64,000 bases of DNA, taken from assembly GCF_009834535.1 (NCBI RefSeq), contig NC_045696.1, positions 15,316,001 to 15,380,000 on the forward strand, in the 5' to 3' direction. How positions within the stretch are numbered: position 1 is the stretch's first letter; each line of letters starts with the position of its first letter. The notes under the pieces are model-generated. The model was not told the DNA's origin. It saw only the letters and a list, made by a program, of their open reading frames with translations, and ran no database searches. Positions 40,296-52,678 of this stretch are shown in pieces. Origin of the DNA: Camelus ferus. Taxonomy: Eukaryota. A program made the position numbers and the translations under genes.

Positions 40296-40308
40296 CAATT
40301 AGCAATTT

Positions 40309-41128
40309 TTTTTTATTGAAATATAGTCAGTTTACAGTATTGTATCAATCTCTGGTGTACACATAATGTTTCAGTCATACATATACATATATATATTCCT
40401 TTTCATGTTTTCATTATAGTTTACAAGATATTGAATATAGTTCCCTGTGCTATACAGTATAAACTTGTTGTTTATCTATTTTATATATAGTAGTTAGTAT
40501 CTGCAAATATCAAACTCCAATTTATCCCTTCCCACCCCCTTTCCCCTTTAATAACCAGAAGTTTGTTTTCTATGTCTGTGAGTCTGTTTCTGTTCCGTAA
40601 ATAAGTTCATTTGTATCATTTTTTAAGATTTCACATATAAGTAATATCATATGGCATTTTTCTTTCTATTTCTGGCTTACTTCATTTAGAATGATGCTCT
40701 TCAGGTCCATCCATGTTGCTGTAAATGGCATTATTTTATTCTTTTTTATAGCTGAGTAGTATTCTATTGTGTATATATACCAAAACTTCTTTATCCAGTC
40801 ATCTGTTGATGGAAATTCAGGTTGTTTCTATGTCTTGGCTATTGTAAATAGTGCTGCTCTGAACACTGAAGTACATGTATCTTTTCAAATTAGAGTCCCC
40901 TCTAAATATTTGCCCAGGAGTAGGATTGTTGGATCATATGGTAAGTCTATTTTCAGTTTTTAAGGCATCTCTATGCTGGTTTTCCATAATGGCTGCACTA
41001 AACTTCATTCCCACCATCAGTGTAGGAGGGTTCCTTTTTCTCCACACCCTCTCCAGCATTCATCATTTGTGGACTTTTTAATGATGTCCATTCTGACTGA
41101 TATGAAGTGATACCTCATTGTAGTTTTG
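40309..41128 (-). mobile_element. 5'-truncated L1
   Basis: Antisense ORF2 end + 3'UTR, similar to 9824-10625; probable TSD atcaattagcaattt 40294-40308 / attaattaacaattt 41129-41143. Confidence 0.93.
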
Positions 41129-44100
41129 ATTAATTAACAATTTGTGTATGAAAAATCAAAATACATGTTTCAGAAATATTCATTGAACACAATATATTGC
41201 CTAGTTCATAATATACTCAATTATTTTCCAATCTAATTTTATCTAGGAGAACAAAAAAACATTATAAACAATCCAGAAATATATGTGACTTTGCCTGAAG
41301 TTAAACTTTTATTCCCTGTGGCACCCCAGGGAACAAATGAAAATGATAAATATAAATTACAGAAAAACAGATTTTAGATTAGCATGATAGAAGTCTATAA
41401 AAATTTAATAAAATGCCCTATAAAATAACAAATGTCACATCCCTAGAGGTGTTAAAAGAGCACTTAGAAAACCATAGTTCAAAGCAATTCTGTGTCAGAT
41501 AGAAGCTAAATTAATTTATTTTTAAAGATTCACAAATCTTCTTTTCAATAATTCCAGAAAATACTGTGCAGGATACTATTAAATTATTAAATTATTATAT
41601 AAATAGAATGTCTTTTATTTTGTTTAAATAATTTCATATTCATGAATTCTTTACACATGGACCTGCTGTATGCTACTGCTCTGTCACAGATTAATTCAAC
41701 TTTCTTTTATGCTGCATCTCATGAGATAGAGAAGTGCATTGTAATGAGCCTCAGAAAATTTATACACACATGTGTCACCGAGAAGCCTGCCAAAGGTTCT
41801 ACCGTTGAACAACTGTATTTCAGACCAGTGATCCTTTCCACATCAAGTTCACTTGTAAAATATTACTGAGGAATGGTAAGGCCATTTCCCAGAATGTCAC
41901 AGGTATAAAGGTCCAAAATGTCTGCACTTATGCAATTTGAGAAGGTGAGAAGTTTGACACAGGGAATGGAATGTATTAGCACCATATCTAGACAGTCATA
42001 CATCCTCATCTCCTAAATGTGAAAAAACAAGAACACACTGCAGCTACAACATACTTCCTTTTCTTTCTTTTTTTTCCGTTTTTTAGGTAATTATGATTCA
42101 TTTTGTATTTCCTTTTTTTGTGCTAACATTTTTATTGAAGCATGACATATATAAGTTGATATAGAAATATAACAAAACATTCCTTCATTGTGGTTGTTTA
42201 GCATTTATTATTTTGAGAATATAGTGGACTTATTTACTATAATGAGTCTTTTAGCTCAAGAAAATGTCATGTCATCCATTTATTCATTGTTTTCATTTCT
42301 CTCAATAATTTTTCTATTATCTCTGAATAGAAGTTTTTCACATCTTTTCTTTGATTTATTCATAGGTATCTGATCCAGTTTGATACTATTATAAATGGTA
42401 TTATAAACATAATCAGCAGTCCAGAAGGCCCCTGGTACAAGTTCACAGTAATTAGACCACCAGGGTAACCACAATTGTGACTTTTAGCATCATTGGTTGG
42501 TTTTATTTTTATTTTTTTGGAACTCTGTATAAATGGGACCATAAAGTGTCATATATACACTGACTTCTCATAGTCAAATTTATGAAGCAACTCATCCATG
42601 TTGAAGCCATGAAAATAGTCTCCAATTTTGGAGAGAAGCTTCATTAATTTGCCTTCCACATTTAGATTTTCAATGTATTTGGTATCTTCAATCTACCTGG
42701 AATTAATTTTTAAATCTGGTGTAAGATGTGAGAAAAAGTTTAATTCAATTTTTCTTCCACTTGAATATCCAACTGAGCCAACATCATCTACCAAAAATGT
42801 AAAGGCTTACTTTTTTTTTTCCCATGGAGATATCCAATTTATACAGCATCATATTCTGAAACTATGAACCTTTCTTCCCTACATCTCAATGACACTTTTG
42901 TCATAAATGGTGTGAATTTTTTTTACATGCAAGTATCATTCCAGATTCTTTCTGGAGTCTTTCTGGACTATTTATCTGGTTGTGTCAATGTCACACAATT
43001 TTACTGTAACTTTATAATAAAGCATTAATATCTGGTAGTTTAAATCCTCGTGTTCATTCTCCTTTAGGATTGATTTTGCTACTCTTTACTCTTTGAATTT
43101 CCACAATCATTTTTAACCGACACACACACATACATACACAGCTGCAGAGATTTTGATTGGTATTGTACTATATATAGGTACCATTTGGGGAGGATATATT
43201 TAATATCTTTAAACAATGAGTCTTCCAATCCATAACCGTAGTACATGATTGCCTTTATTTGTTCTTTTTCCTTTCCTTTAGTAATGTTTGTTTTGGAATT
43301 CTCAGTGTAGAGGTTTTCCATATCCTTCATATGATTTATTCCCAGGTATTTATTTGCCACATTTGATGCTATTATAGAGGATATTATTTAACTATTTAAT
43401 TTTCTATTCATTAACTTGTAAACCACCCTAAATCAGCCAACCAACAGAATCAAGCAGTATATATATAATAATATATATACATGTATTGGTCATGGAGTTT
43501 TAAGATGACTTTTAGTCTGCAATAACCAACTGATACAGTGCCCCTGATCAGTTTAATGAAATTCCTTCTAATAACAGTTTGCCAATAGATTTTTTAAAAG
43601 AAGTATATGTCAACTTTATCAATGTTTTTCTACATCTAATCAGATGATCCTACGTTTTTCTCCTTTATTTTATTAATGCAGTAAGTAATAATGATTAATT
43701 TACAAATGTTATGTCACTCTTACATTACTGCAACAAATATTACTTTATGCATTACTGGACTAATTTTGCTGGTCTTTCATTTCAGATTTTTTGTCTATGT
43801 TCTTTAAAGATATTTGCCTACAAATTTCCTGTCATAAAACGTTCATGCCTTGTTTTGGCACCAACTTATACTTGCTATTAAAAAGTCTGAGGAAATATTG
43901 GAACATTTCTAGTCCCAAAAGTTTTTGTAGTGATGATGATTTTGCTTCCCTAAATTTTGGAAAGAATTCAGCATTATTTGGACTTTGAGTTTTCTTAATG
44001 GAAAGTTCCAATTGTGAATTCAATGTAGTAAAATATATATATTTTAATATAACATAGAAAAATTTGCATTTAATTTTCCTTCTTGGAAATGAAAGTGTCA

Positions 44101-44281
44101 GTTTCACTAAGTTGTAGTTTTCGAGATAGTGGCTCTTTTAATATAATTATAAGCTTAATAAATTTTCCATATCTATCAGTTATAGATATAGGCTTTTTAT
44201 TTCTTTAATAAGCTGCACCATCTCTCTTACTTTTAAATTAAGAATAGGGTTGTTAGATTATCAATTTTTTAATCAATATTT

Positions 44282-44433
44282 CTTTTTTTAAAATTTTTAT
44301 TTATTTATTTATTTTTGGTGGGGGGAGGTAATTAAGTTTACTTATTTATTTTTAGAAGAGTTGCTGGGGGTTGAACCCAGGACCTTGTGCATGCTAAGCA
44401 TATGCTCTATCACTTGAGCTACACCCTCCCCCC
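44282..44433 (-). mobile_element. Vic-1-type SINE
   Basis: gggggaggtaattaagttt...ggggttgaacccaggaccttgtgcatgctaagc...cttgagctacaccctcccc. Confidence 0.9.
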
Positions 44434-45399
44434 TAATTTTATTTCAAACAATCAAATTTTTATCTTGTTTATTTTCCCTAACATGTGTTTGTTTTCCAGT
44501 GTATTGATTTCTGCTTTGACTTTTCATTATTTCCTTGATTCTATTTTATTTAGCTCTTTTTTCAGCTTCTTCACATGGAAGTGTAAGTGTTAATTTTTCA
44601 AATTTTTTTTTCTTATGATTGTATAACTACTAATTTATCTTCTAAGCACAGCTGTAGCAACATACTAAAGATTTTTATGTAATGTTATTATAGCTTAGTT
44701 CAAAATATTTTCCGATTTCTATGTGGTTCTTCTTTGGCACATGGGTGGTTGACAAACTTATTGCTTAATCTTCAAAGTTTGAGGATTTTACTAGTTATCT
44801 TTCTATTTTTGTTGCTATTTGTTTTTTATTTCCAGCTTAACTGAATTTCTGTTAGAACATACTGTTTATGATTTCAGTTTCAAATTTTTTGAAATTTGTT
44901 AGGACTTGCCTTATGGTCCAGCATGTGGTGACCTATTTTGGTAAACATTCCATTTATGCTTGAAAACATTGCATTTTGCAGTTTCCTGAGTACAATGGTT
45001 GTGTGTGTAGTTTGTGTATGTGTGTGTGTGTGTGTGCTCATGTAGAGAGAGAATTACATATATCACATATTATGGACATATATAACATCAAGTTGTTTAA
45101 TGTTTATGTAGTTAAAATTTTAATACCAATACTGAATATCTGTCTGCTTCATTAATCACTGAATGAGGTGTATCTAAATATCAAACTGTGTGAATCAGTC
45201 TTCCTTTCCTTTTTTAATGGTTTTGAGAATATAGAATTAGTAGTATACAATTTAGGCTTTGTCTATTTTTTTGTTCAACCTCTCTTTTAATAATAATCTC
45301 CTGAAGTATTTGATTATTACAGTTTTACAGCTTTATGTTGGTTACTATTTAGACTAATCATCTTTTCCTCCCTTTTTCTTTCACCTGTTCTATGTCCCT

Positions 45400-45849
45400 A
45401 TATAAAAGATCTTACATAAGCAGTATTGCTGGAGGAGGTAATTAAGGGGTCATGACTGCTGGTTGATCTGCGAGCTGGACCCGGGCAATCAGAGGCTCCT
45501 CCTCTTCTCCCTGGTCCTTTGAATGTACATTCTGCCCACAGTTCCCACACCAGGAATGTTCCAAGGATGTAGCCTTGAGAGAGCAAGGTGTTATTGAGAA
45601 CATCTGGACTGTGTACACTACTGAACCCAGTCAAGACCTTATGTATTTTTTTTTTTTTTTATATTCTGGTGGGTAGGTACAGCAATCTACTCATCTTGTG
45701 GCCACCCAGAACAAGCTTCATACAGTTCCCTTGTTTATTAAAACTTCCACCTACCAGTCTGGAGAGGACTGCCTCTTTCTTCAGTTTCTCCTTGTCTCCA
45801 CGTTTGGGGACAAGTTTCACCCAGCAGCTCCCAAGGTTGCAAACCAACA
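45400..45849 (+). mobile_element. Solo LTR of undetermined ERV family
   Basis: GC-richer block interrupting the old L1, attaaa polyA-like signal, pyrimidine-rich U5, ends accaaCA. Confidence 0.55.
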
Positions 45850-46084
45850 AATGTATAGTCATTTTCATTTTTTATCCAATCTCTGTAATAAATATTGTCT
45901 ATCAAATTTAGATATGTCTCTACCAGCTTACTATTTGGTTTTTAATTTTGACCATCAGTTCATTGTTTCTTCTTTTTCTTATTTCTTGCCCTTTCTGGAT
46001 AAAGTATTTTTTATTTTTCCACTGCTCATTCTCTATTAGCTCATTAGTAATGCATTCTATTATTCTTTTTTGTTGTTAAAGTTC

Positions 46085-46950
46085 TTTTCTTATTGTGATA
46101 AAATATATATAACATAAAATTTACCATTTTTAAGCATGCAGTTCAGTGACATTAATTACATTCACAGTGTTGTACAATCATTACAACCATTCATTTCCAG
46201 AACATTCTTTATCTTCCCAAACTGAAACTCCATACTCATTACACAATAATTCCTCATTCCTCACTCCACCCAGCTCCTGACAACCACCATTCAACTTTTT
46301 GTCTCTATATATCTGGCTACTCTATACAAGCAGAACTATATAGTATTTGACCTTGGGTGACTGGATTATCTTAGTATAACATCATCAATGTCCATCCATG
46401 TTATAACACATGTGAGAATTCCCTTCCTTTTTAAGGCTGAATAATATTCCATTGTGTGTATATATCCCATTTTATCCATTCGTCCATCAATAGACACAAG
46501 TTACATCCACCTTTTGACTACTGTGAATAATGCCATTATGAACATGAGTGTACAAATATCTGTAAGTCTCTGCTTTCAATTATTTTCAGTATATATTCCA
46601 GAAATGGAATTTCAGGATTACACAACGTTTTTATATTATGTTTAATATTTTGAGGAACTGCCATACCATTTTTCACAGCATCTGCAACAGTTTACATTCC
46701 TACCAGCAATATACAAGATTCTAGTTTCTCCACATTCTCTTCAACACTTATTATTTCTGCTTTTTTGATATAGCCATTCTAATGGGTGTGAAGTGGTATA
46801 TAATTGTGGTTTTGATTTACATTTCCACAATAATTAGTGATGTTTAGCATCTCTTTATGCTCTTACTGGTTATTTGTATGTCTTCTTTGGAGAAATGCCC
46901 ACTCACGCACTTTGCCCATTTTTAAATTGGGTTGTCTTTTTTTATTATTG
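46085..46950 (-). mobile_element. L1MB-like 3' end
   Basis: ttattgtgataaaatatatataacataaaatttaccatttt...tagccattctaatgggtgtgaagtggta. Confidence 0.88.
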
Positions 46951-47351
46951 AATTATGTTATTATTCTTTTCATTGCTATTTAAAAGTTATAATATACATC
47001 CTTGTCTTATTATATTCCACATTAAATTCATACTTTACCACTTTCTAGTCAATGTAATGATCTTATGGCATTTACGTTCCTAAACATTTATACTATTTTA
47101 TTATGATTTTTAATTCTGCATTTGTGTAGTTTAAAAAAATATACAAATATTGTCATTATAAATTTATTGTTACATTAATCATTCAGTTTTAATTTAGATC
47201 TACCCACCTATTTATCATTTCTCATGCTCCTCATTTCTGACTGATTTACTGTGCTTCCATCTGGGATAATTTTAGTTCTGCCTAAAAATTCCATGTAGTA
47301 TTTTCTTAGTGTAAGCATAGAGCTGAAAAATGGTAACTGTTCATATGAAAA

Positions 47352-47418
47352 TGTCTTTAGTCTGAGCTGTGTAGAAAACCAGAGATAGGAGATTTATGTG
47401 TGTGAATATATATATACT

Positions 47419-47450
<32 letters not shown>

Positions 47451-47874
47451 ATATATGTATGTGTATATATGTATATATACATTTTATTGGATATATGTCT
47501 ATCTATCTAAAGAAATTTACTATAAAAAATTGGCTTACATGACTATGGAGGCTGAGAAGTCCCAGATCTACACTCAGCAAGCTGGAGACCCAGGAGAGTC
47601 AACAGTATAGTTCTATTTCAAGTCTGAAGCCCTGAGAACCAGAAGAGTCAATGCTGTATGTCCTAGTCTGAATTCATTCCAAAGGCAGAAGAAGACCAAT
47701 ATCTCAGCTCAAATACAGTCAGTCAAAGAAAAAGAATTACTTCTTACTCAGCATTTTCTTCTAACCAGGACTTCGACAGATAAACATCCTCATAGAAATA
47801 CCCAGAAATAATGTTTAATAAAGTATCTGGGCACCCATGACCCAATCAAATTGATACATAAAGTTAATCATCAC
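47352..47874 (-). mobile_element. MLT2 solo LTR with internal microsatellite
   Basis: atggaggctgagaagtcccagatct...gcaagctggagacccaggaga...tcaaattgatacataaagttaatcatcaca. Confidence 0.88.
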
Positions 47875-49295
47875 AACAAGGGTTTTTTTTTTTCTTTTAA
47901 CTTTTCAAAACTTTTTTTTTAAAAAATTAAGGCAGAATTACCAAGGTTTAGTTTATTTGAGAGGGACTAGATCTGAAAAGCACAACCCTTTCATATTTGT
48001 TTGCTCTGTCTTGTTTTGTTTGTTTTTATCTCCTCTGGTGTAAAGTTGTTTGTTCATTTGTTCGTTTCATCTGCCTAGAATGTGATGAGCACACTGACCG
48101 ATGACTCATGGTGAAAGGAGAGCAAAGTGTCAGTTTTGCTTCCACGCTGTGTTTATAAGACTACGTCTGGAGCAGGGTGAGGGCTGCTGATTGACCCACA
48201 GTAGAGAAGAATCTTTGACTATGACGTTAACAACACTCTAGTTTATTAGTTGAAAGGTCATGGAAAATCTATATTAAACATTACATTGATTGCTACCGTT
48301 TCCATTTTGCTATCAAGTCTGCAAGTCACTTCAGGGAAGTATTTGGGTTTCTCTGCAAAATGAACTCTAAAGACCTGTTTTCAAAGACCTAATTAATCAA
48401 AATATTTACCCAAATATCCAAAAAAAAATTTAAAAAAGACTATAGTAATAGTGCATCTTACTAAGATTATCTTGCCTTAGTAAGAGAGTTAAAGAAATTA
48501 AGTGAATTTAATTTAAATTAGGTAAAATACTTAAATAAATTATGTTTTATAAATTAACTGTTTTGAAATTTAAAATATTATATATTTTATTAAAATTTAT
48601 TATGAAATTATTATTACATAGTTTTCAATATATTTTATAATACTGTAAAATTACAAATTTTATTCTAAAATTATTTTTATATATTCTATATAGTTAACTT
48701 TAGAATATTATTCTTCTGTTGAAATTAAGGAAATATCTACACTTAATAATGAGGGTTCTTTATCTAATGGAAAAATGTATTTCTCAAGGTTGTTTTTTAA
48801 AACTATATGTAAAAGGATGAAATGTTCCATGATGAAATCACAACAAAATTTGCACATTAGAAATGACAGCTCCTATGCAAAACATTTCTTCAAGAATTTC
48901 AGATGCTCTACTGAAATGCCTTGCATTTCTGTAAAGTAGATATTTCTGGTATAACATAACATTACCTCAAAAAATTCCATAAGCTGTCCCTTCCCACATC
49001 TGCTAGCAAAGTTTTTGTTAAACATGGTTCATGAAATGTGGCTAAGAGAGCTCCAAATCTTTCCATCAAAACTGATGATGTAAAATTGTCATATAATATA
49101 ACAATTGTGTCCCCACGAGGAACCAGGAGAGTATTATTTCAATCCTTTCAAAATTCCAGGTGTAAAAATAGATTTAGAGTAATGAAGAAATGTGTTAGGC
49201 TCATACAAATAGTCAGGGGCATAGCTAATCCTAAAACAATGCTACTCATCAATTTTAAAATCTTTCCCACAGACACACATTTAAAACAGAAGAAA

Positions 49296-52200
49296 CTGAA
49301 TTTTGGATCAAGATGGCAGAGTAGGAGGATGTGGAACTCACCTCCCCCCGTAAACACATAAAAAAATATATCCACACGTGGGACAATTCTCACTGAAAAC
49401 TAGCAGAAAGACTCCTATACAACCAAGGCCACAAGAAAGATCCATATGGAATTGTGTGCGGAGGGAATAGAAATGATCACGTCGGGATCTGTGTGCCTGG
49501 GAGGGGACTCACGGGAAAGGGGAGAATACACCAGTGGAGATCTGCCCAGGGAAGTAAGCAGTTGGAGCTACATATTGGGCACCCCAGGGAAAACAAGCCT
49601 GCTTGGCTGGCTAGACGGCCACGAGAACTAACAGGAGGGGTATGGGAAGCCTAGAGTCCGCTAGTGAGGAGCATGCAAGTGCTGGCTTGCTCCCAAGGCA
49701 GGGCAGATATGATGGACTGAGGACTTCTCCACTGGCTCCCTTGTTTCTCCCAACTGCCCTGCACATGCCCCACACTGAGTCAAGCAAACACTCCAGTCTT
49801 GCTTCCCTCCGCATACAACTCAGCACCAGATCAAGGGCTACTATGAACAGGGAAAGAGCCTGGACATGGGATGCAGAGACAACTTGACCCAGGGCAGCAT
49901 CTGATGCAGCGGGGCAGTCATTTTGGTGCTTTCTCATGTAGCTCATCAGAAGCAGCCCTGACCTCTGACAGCAGCCAGACCACAGAGCCCATGCTTCAAT
50001 AAATGCCAAGAGCCAAGCAGGCCTCACCTGTGGTTCTGCCAAAGGGCAGGGGTCGAGGAGGCTGGAGGGATTTATTGGCTGTGAGGGACAAAGGAAACTC
50101 AGAGGTAGCAGGGGCTTTCATTGCTGGCACAGGCAGTGCATCAGAGGCAGCCTTGACCACTGTCTGTGGTCAACCCACCATAGCCAATGCCTCATCATGA
50201 GCTGAGAGCCCACGTGGGCCCCTCTTGCTCCAGCACTGCTTCCTTCTGGGCAAGGGTACTGATGGGAAGCCTAGAGTCCACTAGGGAATAGTACACACTT
50301 GAAGGGAACAGAATCCGCTCAGAGCTGACACTTAGGGCTTCTGCTCCAACAACTTGGGATCTGACCCCACATTCAATAGGATGGTGACAGCCACTGAGAA
50401 GAGAGGGAGCCCTACATCATACCTGGTTCTGACTCTAGCCTTTCTTTCTCCAGCCCCACCTCCTACCAAGGTGATAGCTGGCAGAACACACTGAAAAAAG
50501 ATGCCTTTTTTTTCTCTACCACCAAATGCACTGGGCACACACAGACGACAGGAATGCTCTGATGTAAGGACTGCAGTAGGTAAATGTTTCACCTAAATTC
50601 ATAGAGACAGAGGAAGGCAAAATGAAAAGACAGATGAACTGGTCTCAACTGAAAGAGCAAGAGAAACCCTTCTGAAAAAAACAATAACAAAACAGAAATA
50701 AGCAATTTACCAGATAAAGAATTCAAAACATTGGTAATAAGAATGCTAACTGAATTAGGGGAAAGAATAAACACAGTGAGAGTTTTAATAAGGAACTAGA
50801 AAACACAAAAGAACCTGTCAAAACTGAAAAATACAACTGAAATGAAAAACACACTAGGAGGAATGAACAGCAGACTGAGTGATACAGAAGAACACATAAG
50901 TAATCTGCAAGATAGAATAATGGAAATCACCCCATCAGAACTGCAAAATAAAAACAAAAATTTTTAAAGGAGAGTTTAAGAGATCTCTGGGATAACATCA
51001 AGCATACCAACATTAACATTATAGGGGTCCCAGAAGGAGAAGAGAGAGATAAGGGAATCAAAAAAAGTATTGGATGAAATTATGGCTGAAAACTTCCCAG
51101 ACCTGAAGAAAGAAACATATCCAGGTATAGAAAGCATAGAGGGTCTCAAATAAGATGAACCCAAACAGACCCACACCAAGACATGTCATAATTAAAACAT
51201 CAGAAGTTACAGATAAAGAGAGATTTTTAAAGGTAGAAAGAGAATAACAAAGAGTCATATACAAGGGAACCCCCATAAGGCTATCAGCTGATTTTTTCTT
51301 CAGAAACTTCGCAGGCTAGAAGGGAGTGGCATGATATATTCAAAATGCTAAAAGGGAAAAACCTGAAACCTAGGATACTCTACCCAACAAAGTTATCATT
51401 TAGAATTGAAAGAGAGATAAAGAACTTCTCAGATAAGCAAAAACTGAGAGTTCAGCAATACTAAACCAACCTTAAAATAAACAGTAAAAGGATAAACATG
51501 AAGATGTAGAATGTGACATCAAAAACACAAAAATAGGGGAGGGGAGTAAAAAAATAAACAAATGGGACCTAATTAAACTTGAAGTTTTGCATAGCAAAGG
51601 AAACCATCAACAAAATACAAAGATAATCTACTGAATGGGAGAAAATATTCACAAATGACATAATCAATAAGGGGATATTATCCAAGATACATAAACAGCT
51701 CATAACTCAGAATCAAAAATTAAGCAATTCAATTAAAAAATGGGTAGATGACTGGAATAAACATTTTTCCAAAGAAGACAAGCAGATGGTCAATAGACAC
51801 ATAAAAAGATGCTCAACATCACTAATAATTAGAGAAATGCAAATTAAAACCTCAATGAGATATCACCTAACACCTGTCAGAATGGCTGTCATCAAAAAGA
51901 CCACAGATAACAAATGTTGGTGAAGACTGGGAGTAAAGGGAATCCTTGTACACTGTTAGTGGGAATGTAAATTGGTGCAGTCACTATGGAAATCAGTATG
52001 GAGGTCCCTCAAAAAACTAGAAATAGAGCTACCGTACAATCCAGCAACTCCACTCCTGGCAAAAAAAAATGAACTCATTAACTTGAAAAGATACATGCAC
52101 TCCAGTGTTCACAGTAGCATTATTTACAAAAGCCAAGATATGGAAGCAATCCAAGTGTCCATCAACAGATGAATGGATTAAAAGGTGATACACACACAGA

Positions 52201-52678
52201 CACACACACACACACACACATACAATGGTATACACACACACAATGGAATATTACTCAACTATAAAAAATGAAATCCTGCCATTTGCAACAGTGTGGATGG
52301 ATCTAGAGAGTATTGTAGCTTAGTGAAATAAGCCAGACAGAGAAAGACACTCTGTTATCACTTATATGTGGAATCTGAAAAATAACACAGATGCAGGTAC
52401 ATCACAAAACAGAAACAGACTCACAGATAGAGAACTAGTGGTTACCAGTGGGGAGCTGGAAGAGGGAAGGGACAAGATAGGGGTATGGGATTAATAGATA
52501 CAAACTACTATGTATAAAACGAATAAGCTACAAGGGTATATTGTACTGCACAGGGAAATATAGCTATTATTTTGTAATAACTTTAAATGGAGTATAATCT
52601 ATAAAAAATGTTGAATCACTATATTGTACACCTGAAAATAATATAATACTGTAAATAAACTATATTTCAATAAAAAAT
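49296..52678 (+). mobile_element. L1 with both ends intact but most of ORF2 deleted
   Basis: Perfect TSD aaaacagaagaaa 49283-49295 / 52679-52691; YY1-type caagatggc at the 5' end; 5'UTR, ORF1, ORF2 C-terminus, 3'UTR, A tail. Confidence 0.93.
50622..51480 (+). pseudogene. Frameshifted L1 ORF1p
   Basis: MKRQMNWSQLKEQEK..EISNLPDKEFKTLVIRMLTELG..IIGVPEGEE..EIMAENFPDLKKE..PRILYPTKLSFRIE across frames. Confidence 0.9.

Larger units (their letters stand above)
42125..47350 (-). mobile_element. Long ancient L1 (L1M-type), fragmented, hosting younger insertions
   Basis: T-rich antisense ORF2 landmarks (gattttgattggtattgtact, tttattcccaggtattt, ttatggtccagcatgtggt). Confidence 0.75.

Noticed and set aside
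9824..41128. Large inverted segmental duplication
   Set aside because: The similar inverted blocks are independent L1 insertions with different TSDs and unrelated flanks.
48082..48190. C/D box snoRNA (GTGATGA...CTGA)
   Set aside because: No terminal stem and no recognisable rRNA antisense element.
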